Assembly (NCBI GenBank): GCA_028715115.1
Contig: JAQUSN010000001.1
Coordinates: 191,067 to 255,066 of the forward strand
DNA length: 64,000 nucleotides
Direction: 5' to 3'
From: Patescibacteria group bacterium
GTDB taxonomy: Bacteria; Patescibacteriota; Patescibacteriia; UBA2591; UBA4787
Position 1 is the first letter of the stretch; the number at the start of each line of letters is the position of its first letter. The notes beneath the pieces are model-generated. The model did not search any database. It had not been told where the DNA came from and saw nothing but the letters and a program-made list of their open reading frames with translations. Shown here piece by piece: positions 28,766-36,017 of the stretch. The position numbers were made by a program, and so were the translations under genes.

Positions 28766-29092
28766 ATAAACAACCCATGGAGGTGTCATATAGGCGCGAA
28801 AAGAGACTGCAGTATTTCCGTGGTAGTACCTCCGGACAAGGGACGTCTAAGTATAGACTCGAGACGTTCAAAACCATGTTGTTCTGCCATGGAGGCAGAG
28901 CTGAGACTTTTGCGGCCTCTTCGACAGGGCGCGGTATTGCGTCGTCCCGGCCACAACAATCTAATACCTGGTCGGCCTTGTCCCCACTGCGGAGCACTGA
29001 TTCAACTCCTCATGGAGTAAGTCCTGGGGCGGAGCCGTTTTGGCTCCGCCCTCTGTCATTACCAAGAACACAGAATTGACTTTCTGTCTTTT
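28766..29092 (+). other. GC-rich about 325-nt transcription unit D. Either a small-protein gene with an unresolved start (ORF-track candidates 28777..29079 or 28820..29020) or a structured ncRNA
   Basis: About 52% GC flanked by AT-rich DNA. A consensus promoter lies upstream. An internal GC hairpin sits at 29022-29047 and a terminator (acagaa-ttgact-ttctgt plus T7) at 29063-29092. Three overlapping ORFs with low-complexity translations. The ATGGAGG at 28777 has no canonical start 5-9 nt downstream. Confidence 0.35.
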
Positions 29093-29224
29093 TTTGTTAA
29101 AATAGTTTTAATAAAGACCTACCCGCCTATTGCCTATCCAGGAGTTAATTTTAAATAAGAATTGAAGAAAGAATATTTTTTAATTCTTAACTCGATGGGG
29201 CGGCGTTGGCAGGCGGGCCTGCTC

Positions 29225-29455
29225 GCCATTACTACGCTCAGTGGTAGAGCTCTTATATCGACAATTTTATTAATAGGCGTGCATAGCTCAGCGGCCTAAT
29301 CCAATTCTCTAAGAACTGGACGGCCCGTTCGAGTTTTTTTAAAACTCGAATTAGGGTAGAGCACGACTCTTATATCAATAAATTTTCAATATTTAGTGTC
29401 TTGAGTGCGCGTGTAGCTCAGTGGTAGAGCACCACTCTTATAGCGGTAGATTCCT
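29225..29455 (+). repeat. Three truncated or interrupted tRNA-Ile(UAU)-derived 5'-half copies (pseudo-tRNA fragments)
   Basis: 29232-29262 ctacGCTCAGTGGTAGAGCtCTTATAtcgac. 29276-29376 GGCGTGCATAGCTCAG[63-nt insert]GGTAGAGCACGACTCTTATATC. 29406-29449 GCGCGTGTAGCTCAGTGGTAGAGCACCACTCTTATAGcgg. All share the D-arm and anticodon-arm core of the intact tRNA at 29470. Confidence 0.6.
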
Positions 29456-29469
29456 ATTATTCTCTAAGT

Positions 29470-29541
29470 GGGCGCATAGCTCAGTGGTAGAGCACCACTC
29501 TTATAAAGTGGGGGTCGATGGTTCGAACCCATCTGCGCCCA
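29470..29541 (+). tRNA. tRNA-Ile (anticodon UAU, AUA-decoding type)
   Basis: GGGCGCA-TA-GCTCAGTGGTAGAGC-A-CCACT-CTTATAA-AGTGG-GGGTC-GATGGTTCGAACCCATC-TGCGCCC-A. The anticodon loop CUUAUAA carries U34-A35-U36. The acceptor stem is extended by flanking complementary ctctaagtg / cacttagag. Confidence 0.8.
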
Positions 29542-29618
29542 CTTAGAGAATAAAATAATGTTATCTACCGATATATAGGTCGCAACTTTATAAATTATTT
29601 TAATTGTAGCGACCAATA

Positions 29619-29656
29619 TAAAGTGGGGGCCTCTATTAGAACCCATCTGCGCCCAC
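29619..29656 (+). repeat. Truncated 3'-half copy of tRNA-Ile(UAU) with a replaced T-arm
   Basis: ATAAAGTGGGGGcctctattagAACCCATCTGCGCCCACTTA versus the intact ATAAAGTGGGGGTCGATGGTTCGAACCCATCTGCGCCCACTTAG. Confidence 0.6.
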
Positions 29657-29682
29657 TTATAAATTAATTATTGTTTTAAATT

Positions 29683-29934
29683 ATGCTTAGAGTATTTTTA
29701 GGAATTATTTTGGTTATTATCGGAGCGCTTGCCACCTGGAAGGCCGACTGGATTTATCGTAACATGGGTCCGGTTGAATGGGCGGAAAAACACCTGGGAT
29801 TTGAAGGCGGTACGCGATTATATTACAAGTTACTCGGTATCGCCATAATTTTTCTGGGATTTTTTGTGATTAGTGGTCTGTGGACTGAGCTATTGAATGG
29901 ATTTTTGGGGCTTTTGGGCGTGCCAACAAAATAA
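29683..29934 (+). CDS. Small membrane protein (2 TM) of unknown function
   Basis: 83-aa hydrophobic ORF between the tRNA-Ile region and tRNA-Ala. Confidence 0.45.
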   Translation: MLRVFLGIILVIIGALATWKADWIYRNMGPVEWAEKHLGFEGGTRLYYKLLGIAIIFLGFFVISGLWTELLNGFLGLLGVPTK

Positions 29935-30008
29935 GGGCCTATAGTTTAATGGTAGAACACCTCATTTGCAATGAGGAAACGGCAGTTCGATTCTGCCTAG
30001 GTCCACCA
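29935..30008 (+). tRNA. tRNA-Ala (anticodon UGC)
   Basis: GGGCCTA-TA-GTTTAATGGTAGAAC-A-CCTCA-TTTGCAA-TGAGG...TAGGTCC-A-CCA with the G3:U70 identity pair and an encoded CCA. Confidence 0.88.
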
Positions 30009-30044
30009 AAAATTAAAATATTAATTTGTATCTACACAATTTTT

Positions 30045-30362
30045 ATGAAAAAAACAGATTATATTAAAGAAAGTTTAATAAGTGGATTTGGCGTTTTGAT
30101 TTATGTTTCAGCTGTGGCGTGGTTAATAACCAGCACAAAGTCAATTTTTGGAGACATTCCTGAGCCCAACTTATTTATTCCTGTTTTTATGTTGCTGCTT
30201 TTTATTATATCAGCAACCGTTGTCGGGCTTTTGATTTTGGGCAAACCAATTTATTTGTATCTTAGTGGCTTGAAAAAAGAGGCGATTTTTTTACTTTTAC
30301 TTACCTTAGGCTGGCTTGTTCTTTTCCTTGTAGCAGCTGCAATTGTATTATTGTTTCAATAA
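30045..30362 (+). CDS. Small membrane protein (3 TM) of unknown function
   Basis: The track ORF 29949..30362 begins inside tRNA-Ala. The first plausible start is the ATG at 30045 (MKKTDYIKE...). Confidence 0.45.
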   Translation: MKKTDYIKESLISGFGVLIYVSAVAWLITSTKSIFGDIPEPNLFIPVFMLLLFIISATVVGLLILGKPIYLYLSGLKKEAIFLLLLTLGWLVLFLVAAAIVLLFQ

Positions 30363-30411
30363 TCTTATTTTAATTCATACCTACAAAGTTTGCCAAAATA
30401 AATTAATTTTT

Positions 30412-30861
30412 ATGGACGTTGTAGAATTTCGTTCAAAAATCAGGCCAAACATAAAATTATTTGCTGACGGAAAAGAGTTTTTTGTCAAAGAAGTAATAAA
30501 ATTTAGGTTTGATGACGGCAGTTATTATGTTAAATGTTTTTTAAGCGACGATTTTGTTTTTGCTGATGACTTAAATGAGAACACGTTTCTTTTGGTAAAA
30601 GAGATAAAAACTACAATTAAACAACCCTTTCCGCTAGAGTTCGATTTTGACGGCAAAAAATTTAAATTCCTTTTCAACGCTCATGCTGTTGCCGAAGAAA
30701 TACAAGGCGAAGAAATTTTTAAAAAGGGTGACAGCGAAAAATTCTGGGATTTTAAAGCAGAAGATAATGGTTATTTAAGCTTGGGAGTAAATGATAATAC
30801 GGGAGAAAGATTAGATTTTTACGGAAAGATTGTTCAAAATAATACCGTTAAGTGCGAATAA
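30412..30861 (+). CDS. Hypothetical soluble protein
   Basis: ORF 30343..30861; the likely start is MDVVEFRSK at 30412. No recognisable motifs. Confidence 0.4.
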   Translation: MDVVEFRSKIRPNIKLFADGKEFFVKEVIKFRFDDGSYYVKCFLSDDFVFADDLNENTFLLVKEIKTTIKQPFPLEFDFDGKKFKFLFNAHAVAEEIQGEEIFKKGDSEKFWDFKAEDNGYLSLGVNDNTGERLDFYGKIVQNNTVKCE

Positions 30862-30939
30862 AATAAAATTTTATAATCAAGAATATAATATCCACAATTT
30901 TCATTCCCTAATATTTGTTTTGTGCTATTATTAATTCGT

Positions 30940-31506
30940 ATGGAAAACCTAGATCCAACAAAAGTTCCTGGAGGCAATGAGTTGATTAACGCAAAAGATT
31001 TTTTGCGCAAGGTTGGCATTGAAGAGAGAATGAAGGTTGGTGATCTTGGTTGCGGCGCTCGCGGATATTTTTCTTTACAAGCCGCCAAGATGGTGGGCAG
31101 TAAGGGCATTGTTTATGCAGTTGACGTTATGAAGCGGGCCCTTGATAGTGTAATTGGCCACGCGAGAATCTTAGGAATTTATAATATTAAAACCGTTTGG
31201 TCAAACTTAGAACAATACGGCGCTACCAAGATTCCGGCCGGTTCACTTGATGTCAGTATGTTGATTAATGTTTTATTTCAAACCCAGGATGATGTAACTG
31301 TTATCAAAGAAGCCGTTCGTTTACTTAAATCGGGCGGCAAATTAGTGATTTGCGATTGGAAAAGAACAGGAGCCCCGTTTGGTCCGATACCAGAAATGCG
31401 GGTCAAGTTTGATAATTTAACCCAGGTAATCTTAAATGCCGGATTAAAGCTAGAGAAAGAATTTGAAGCCGGTCCTTATCATCTGGCCATGGTTTTTAAA
31501 AAATAA
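30940..31506 (+). CDS. Class I SAM-dependent methyltransferase
   Basis: Motif I VGDLGCGARGY and motif post-II LKSGGKLVICDW. The likely start is MENLDP at 30940 (the track start is 30922). Confidence 0.6.
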   Translation: MENLDPTKVPGGNELINAKDFLRKVGIEERMKVGDLGCGARGYFSLQAAKMVGSKGIVYAVDVMKRALDSVIGHARILGIYNIKTVWSNLEQYGATKIPAGSLDVSMLINVLFQTQDDVTVIKEAVRLLKSGGKLVICDWKRTGAPFGPIPEMRVKFDNLTQVILNAGLKLEKEFEAGPYHLAMVFKK

Positions 31507-31523
31507 TTTTTCATATTTTATAT

Positions 31524-31943
31524 ATGGATCATCTTGAGTTAGGGCAAAGCGGCGAACAAATCGCCGTTTCTTTTTTAAAAAGAAGGGGATATAAAATTTT
31601 AGAGCGCAACTTTCAGGCCTGCCTGTCCGGTAGGCAGGCCGGTCAGCTTGGTGAAATCGACATCATCGCTCAAGATTTTTCAAGCACGCCCAGACTTAAA
31701 AGAATATTTATTAAAAATGTGACCTTAGTTTTTATCGAAGTCAAAACCAAGTCAGATCATAATTTTGGTTTACCAGAAGAGGAATTAACTACTGCTAAAA
31801 AAGAAAAACTTCAGCGCGCCATTCAGCAATATTTCCGGATCAATCATTTGGATAGTCCAAATTGGCGTTTGGATTTAGTGGCTATAGATTTTTGTGACAA
31901 TAAAATTAAGCCAGAAATAAGGCATTATCAAGGATTAAATTAA
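31524..31943 (+). CDS. yraN: UPF0102/YraN-family endonuclease-like protein
   Basis: GE.IAV.FLKRRGYKILERNF....GEIDIIA...L.FIEVKTK pattern. It contains a GC-rich 9-bp-stem palindrome (about 31618-31650) encoding an inserted loop. Confidence 0.6.
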   Translation: MDHLELGQSGEQIAVSFLKRRGYKILERNFQACLSGRQAGQLGEIDIIAQDFSSTPRLKRIFIKNVTLVFIEVKTKSDHNFGLPEEELTTAKKEKLQRAIQQYFRINHLDSPNWRLDLVAIDFCDNKIKPEIRHYQGLN

Positions 31944-31970
31944 TGAGCCTACTTTTTCCCCAATTTTAAT

Positions 31971-31998
31971 TTGACTTTCATTTTTTTTCTGTTATAAT
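31971..31998 (+). promoter_or_regulatory. Promoter upstream of nusA (TTGACT-16-TATAAT), followed by a hairpin plus U-run at 32012-32040
   Basis: ttgactttcattttttttctgtTATAAT, then aactagtct-atttt-agactagtt + atttttta. This is a candidate attenuator in the nusA leader. Confidence 0.5.
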
Positions 31999-32161
31999 CT
32001 TTATATTAATAAACTAGTCTATTTTAGACTAGTTATTTTTTATTGCCGAGCGAGCGCTGGTAATAGCCCTGAGCGAGTTCGCGAGTCGAAGCGTTACCTC
32101 TAATGTCTCGTCAGTTTATCACAAGGCAATTAAATTAAATTTTTTAAATATTCAAAAATTT

Positions 32162-33493
32162 ATGGCAAATAATGAACCCACAATTTCACAAGCCATTGAT
32201 TTAATTTGTCAGGAAAAAAAGATTTCCCGCGATTTGGTTTTGTCGGCTATCGAGCAGGCCTTGGCCGCCGCTTACCGCCGCGATTATGGTGAAAAAAATC
32301 AAAACATCAAAGTTGAGTTTAACCCGATTGATGGATCAATGCGAGTTTTTGACGTTAAAACCGTAGTTGAAGATTTGCCACCCGAAGAACTGGCCGAAAA
32401 AGAAAACGAAGAAAAAGAGGCAGAAGAAATAAAAAAAACAAAAAAATCCAAAACCAAAAAAATCGAAGCTGAAGAGTCGGTGCCAGTTCAATCAGAAATT
32501 ACCGCCGAAGAAGACGAGGAAGAGAAAAAAAGATTTAACCCTAAAACAGACCTCCAACTATCAGATGCCAAAAAAATAAATAAAAAAATAAAAATTGGCG
32601 AAACCATTACCACTGAATTAAAAATGCCGACTGGATTTGGCCGCGTGGCCGCCCAAACCGCCAAACAGGTTATCGTGCAAAAAATACGTGAAGCCGAACG
32701 ACAAACGGTTTTTGACCGCTATAAAGCGCAAGAGGGCACGGTTATTAACGGTATTATCCAGCGTTATGAAAGAAATATGGTTTTAGTAGAGCTACAAGAC
32801 ACTACTGCGATTTTACCCGCCTCGGAACAGATTATAGAAGAGCGATATATGCCCAATCAAAAATTTAAATTTTATTTACAGGTCGTGCGTCAAACCCCCA
32901 AGGGCCCAGAAATTATCGTTTCGCGCCGACATCCAGAAATTTTAAAAGAATTATTCGTTCAAGAAATTCCAGAGATTACCAATGGCACGGTTGAAATAAA
33001 GGCTATTGCTCGCGAAGCTGGTTCGCGCGCCAAGGTAGCAGTTTTCACTCAAGAAAAGGGTGTTGATCCGGTTGGCGCTTGTATCGGCCAGCGAGGCGTA
33101 CGCATTCAAACAATCATCTCTGAATTAGGCGGTGAAAAAATTGACATTATCGAATGGAGCGAGGATTTGGCAAAATTTATTACTAACGCTTTATCGCCGG
33201 CCAAAGTTCAATCAATCGAAATTGACGAAAAAAACAAAAAAGCAATAGTTAGAGTAAAAGAAGAAAATCTATCTTTAGCTATCGGCCGCGCCGGACAAAA
33301 CGTGCGTTTGGCTTCTCGCTTAACAGGTTATGAAATAGATGTACAAGTAGCGCCGAAAGAAATTGAAAAAAGCGTAGCTCCAGAAGGAGAAGATGCGAAA
33401 GAAGTAACAGCGGTAGTCGATAATCCAGAAGAAAAAAAGGATTCAGCCGAACCGAAAAAAGAGAAAAAATCTCGCAAGAAAAAAACAGAATAA
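32162..33493 (+). CDS. nusA: Transcription termination/antitermination factor NusA
   Basis: N-terminal domain, S1 domain, and KH domains (GACIGQRGVRIQTIISELGGEKIDII; IGRAGQNVRLASRLTGYEIDV). Lys/Glu-rich low-complexity insertions are present. Confidence 0.85.
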   Translation: MANNEPTISQAIDLICQEKKISRDLVLSAIEQALAAAYRRDYGEKNQNIKVEFNPIDGSMRVFDVKTVVEDLPPEELAEKENEEKEAEEIKKTKKSKTKKIEAEESVPVQSEITAEEDEEEKKRFNPKTDLQLSDAKKINKKIKIGETITTELKMPTGFGRVAAQTAKQVIVQKIREAERQTVFDRYKAQEGTVINGIIQRYERNMVLVELQDTTAILPASEQIIEERYMPNQKFKFYLQVVRQTPKGPEIIVSRRHPEILKELFVQEIPEITNGTVEIKAIAREAGSRAKVAVFTQEKGVDPVGACIGQRGVRIQTIISELGGEKIDIIEWSEDLAKFITNALSPAKVQSIEIDEKNKKAIVRVKEENLSLAIGRAGQNVRLASRLTGYEIDVQVAPKEIEKSVAPEGEDAKEVTAVVDNPEEKKDSAEPKKEKKSRKKKTE

Positions 33494-33510
33494 AATATTT
33501 TAAAAAAGAA

Positions 33511-33535
33511 TCGCAGCGGGGCAATGCCCCGCTGC
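33511..33535. terminator. Hairpin terminator shared by nusA (+) and the islet-E gene (-)
   Basis: cgcagcggggc-aat-gccccgctgcg, an 11-bp GC stem. There is a U-run on the minus strand and a weaker one on the plus strand. Confidence 0.65.
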
Positions 33536-33545
33536 GTTAAGGTTT

Positions 33546-33803
33546 CTACGTGTGAAGACCGATTGCCTTCTTCTTGAATCGACTTGGCGGCACAAGTTCG
33601 CAGGCCCCGAGGATAACGAACCCGGTCACGATGGCCCCGAAAAAGGCCTTGAGCAAGCGGATTACGACCAGGGCTGTTGTCTGATAGGCGACTGGTGATT
33701 GCCCGAGAAGGGGCACCTTTTTGATGAACATGGCCGAGACCAGCCAGCCAAGCAGTAAGGCTATCGTCAGCACGATTAGCCAGTAGAAAATCAGTCTCTT
33801 CAT
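33546..33803 (-). CDS. GC-rich islet E: small membrane protein (2-3 TM)
   Basis: 85 aa. ATGGAGGatgagATG places the SD 5 nt before the ATG at 33803 (the track start at 33815 is unlikely). A TTGACA promoter lies at about 33850-33880 on the minus strand. Confidence 0.5.
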   Translation of the reverse strand: MKRLIFYWLIVLTIALLLGWLVSAMFIKKVPLLGQSPVAYQTTALVVIRLLKAFFGAIVTGFVILGACELVPPSRFKKKAIGLHT

Positions 33804-33909
33804 CTCATCCTCCATCGGTTGATATTATCAAGTTTAATTATTTTTTTTGTTTTTGTCAAGATGATTTTCCTTGTCAAAATAAATATTTTATGTTAAGTTA
33901 AAATAACTT

Positions 33910-35181
33910 ATGAATTACACTACTAAAAAATTACCTAAAAATTTATTGGAAATCGAGGTTACCTTAACCGCCGATGAGTTAAAAGAATTTTATCAGCAGG
34001 CCTTGTCTGAGCTGGGAACAACCATAACTGTTTCTGGTTTTAGACCGGGTAAGGCGCCGCTTGATTTGGTTGAACGCCAGGCCGGCCAGAAAAAGGTGCT
34101 AGAGCAGGCGACTGAATTGGCAATTAATAAAAGTTATCGCGATATTATTTTAAAAGAAAAAATTTGGCCCATCGGCGAGCCAAAAGTCGATTTAGTTAAA
34201 TTAGCCCTAGACAATCCTTTTATTTTTAAAATTACTTTAGTTTTAATGCCAAAAGTCAAGCTTGGTGATTATAAAAAAATAAAAACAGAGGCCAAGCCGA
34301 TCAAAATCGATGAAAAACAAGTCGATAGATTTTTAAAAGAATTACAGCAAATGCGCCGTAAAGAAGCGCTGGTCAAACGCCCGGCGCAACTGGGTGATCG
34401 GGCTGAAATTGACTTAGAAATGTTTCTTGATAAGGTTCCATTAGAAAATGGCTCGGCCAAAAACATGTCTGTTGTTTTGGGTGAAGATTTCTACATCCCC
34501 GGGCTTTCTAATCAGTTAATTGGTTTGGAGATTGAGAAAACAAAAGAATTCAATCTGCAATATCCGGCCGAACATTTTGACAAAAAATTAGCCGGCAAGC
34601 AAATTGACTTTAAAGTAAAATTAAATAATCTTTATCAAATAGACTTACCGGAGTTAAATGATGATTTTGCTAAAGGTGTGGGCAAATTCAAGGACCTGGT
34701 CGGACTAAAGGATCAATTGCGGAAAAACTTGGAAGATGAAGCCAAGCGCAAAGAAGAACAACGCCAGGAATTAGAAATTTTAAAACAATTAATCGACAAA
34801 TCACAATTCGAAGAAATCCCCGAGGTTTTAGTGGAAAGTGAGCTGGACAGAATTATCGGCGAACTGCAGGCTACCATTGAAGGACAGGGATTAAAGTTTG
34901 ATGATTATTTGACTCATCTTAAAAAAACCTTACCGGATTTGCGTCGCGAGTTTATTTCTAAGGCCGAAGACAGGGTTAAAACCTCTTTGGCGATTCGCGA
35001 AGTGGCTGAGCAAGAAAAAATAGTCATCTCTGATAAAGAATTAGATGATGAAGTTGAGAAAATGGCCGCTAATTATGCGCAGGAGCCCGATTTGGTCGAG
35101 CATATTAAATCTGCTCGCGGTCGCGATTACTTATATAACATTATATTAAATCGCAGGGTTATTGAATTTTTACGTAAATGA
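33910..35181 (+). CDS. tig: Trigger factor
   Basis: N-terminal ribosome-binding GFRPGKAP signature and the overall three-domain length (423 aa). Confidence 0.85.
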   Translation: MNYTTKKLPKNLLEIEVTLTADELKEFYQQALSELGTTITVSGFRPGKAPLDLVERQAGQKKVLEQATELAINKSYRDIILKEKIWPIGEPKVDLVKLALDNPFIFKITLVLMPKVKLGDYKKIKTEAKPIKIDEKQVDRFLKELQQMRRKEALVKRPAQLGDRAEIDLEMFLDKVPLENGSAKNMSVVLGEDFYIPGLSNQLIGLEIEKTKEFNLQYPAEHFDKKLAGKQIDFKVKLNNLYQIDLPELNDDFAKGVGKFKDLVGLKDQLRKNLEDEAKRKEEQRQELEILKQLIDKSQFEEIPEVLVESELDRIIGELQATIEGQGLKFDDYLTHLKKTLPDLRREFISKAEDRVKTSLAIREVAEQEKIVISDKELDDEVEKMAANYAQEPDLVEHIKSARGRDYLYNIILNRRVIEFLRK

Positions 35182-35741
35182 ATTTTATGAAAATCGTTAT
35201 TATTTCTGACACTCACGACAATTTAACCAACACAGAAAAAGCATTGAAATGGATTAAAAAGCAGGGCATAAATACTTTAATTCATTGTGGCGATTTGTGT
35301 GCGCCGACTTTTTTGACGCAATTTTTAGTTAAAAAATTCACCGGACAGATTCATTTGGTCTACGGCAATGTCGGCGACAAAAAAATGCTGGAGCAACGCG
35401 TGGTTAATTTTCCTAGCGTTAATTATTGCCGTGAATCCGGTTCAATAAAAATAGACGGCAAAAAAATTGCCTTTACTCATCGGCCAGACAAGGCAAAAGA
35501 AATGGCTTTAACAGGAAAGTATGATTTAGTTTTTTATGGCCACACCCACAAACCCTGGGAAGATAAAATAAAAATCAAAGAGAAATCTATTTCAAACGTG
35601 TTGCAAAATAAAAGAAAGACAAAAAAAATCGTGCGTTTGGTTAATCCAGGGACGCTGGCCGGCATGTTTTATCGGGCTAGTTTTGCCCTTTATGACACCA
35701 AAGCTGATAGGTTGGAATTAAAAATTTTGGATAGAATTTAA
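35178..35741 (+). CDS. Metallophosphoesterase (YfcE/MJ0936 family)
   Basis: ISDTHDN...GDLCAP...GNVGD...GHTHKPW phosphoesterase motifs. Confidence 0.7.
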   Translation: MNFMKIVIISDTHDNLTNTEKALKWIKKQGINTLIHCGDLCAPTFLTQFLVKKFTGQIHLVYGNVGDKKMLEQRVVNFPSVNYCRESGSIKIDGKKIAFTHRPDKAKEMALTGKYDLVFYGHTHKPWEDKIKIKEKSISNVLQNKRKTKKIVRLVNPGTLAGMFYRASFALYDTKADRLELKILDRI

Positions 35742-35761
35742 ATTAAAAAAAATTTAAAAAA

Positions 35762-35790
35762 TAAGAGATCGCTCGTTGATCTTTTATTTT
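35762..35790. terminator. Bidirectional hairpin terminator
   Basis: aagagatcgctcgttgatctttt with U-runs on both strands. It ends the phosphoesterase gene (+) and the candidate sRNA (-). Confidence 0.55.
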
Positions 35791-35935
35791 AGTTATAAAG
35801 ATTTGGCATGGCCACGTGGCTGTGCCGATCTCCGCTTTAGGCACCCTGGAGGATTAGTCCAGATCCAGAGAGGGCTTTGTATTGAGGGGGTTAACTGGTC
35901 GGGGCTAGTCGGAAGGATCGGGACACCAACATTTT
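35791..35935 (-). ncRNA. Candidate GC-rich small RNA (about 165 nt) of unknown class
   Basis: About 55% GC intergenic block. A minus-strand promoter TTGACA-16-CATTAT lies at 35939-35966. The 5' segment GGUGUCCCGAUC can pair with the 3' segment GAUCGGCACAGCC. An internal hairpin CUGGA-CUAAUCC-UCCAG is present. It ends at the 35762-35790 terminator. Confidence 0.35.
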
Positions 35936-36017
35936 AAGATAATGTTAGGTGGATATTCCTTGTCAAAAAAGTTCAATCTGCTATCATTCTAATTAAGATT
36001 CTTTACTAATTTATTTT

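Noticed and set aside
28766-29092. Element D as RNase P RNA, tmRNA, SRP RNA or 6S RNA
   Set aside because: Several hallmark motifs were looked for by eye and not found: the GGAAAGUCCGG / ACAGAAnCCGGCUUA P4 pair, a tRNA-like 3' end with TΨC loop and CCA plus ANDENYALAA-type tag ORF, and the GGAA-tetraloop helix 8. I cannot run Infernal, so the class remains open.
29464-29646. 60-aa minus-strand ORF
   Set aside because: It covers the intact tRNA-Ile(UAU) and its 3'-half paralog.
29225-29660. tRNA-fragment repeats as a CRISPR array
   Set aside because: Repeat units are tRNA-derived, irregular in length and spacing, and differ from each other. No cas genes and no regular repeat-spacer periodicity are present anywhere in the window.
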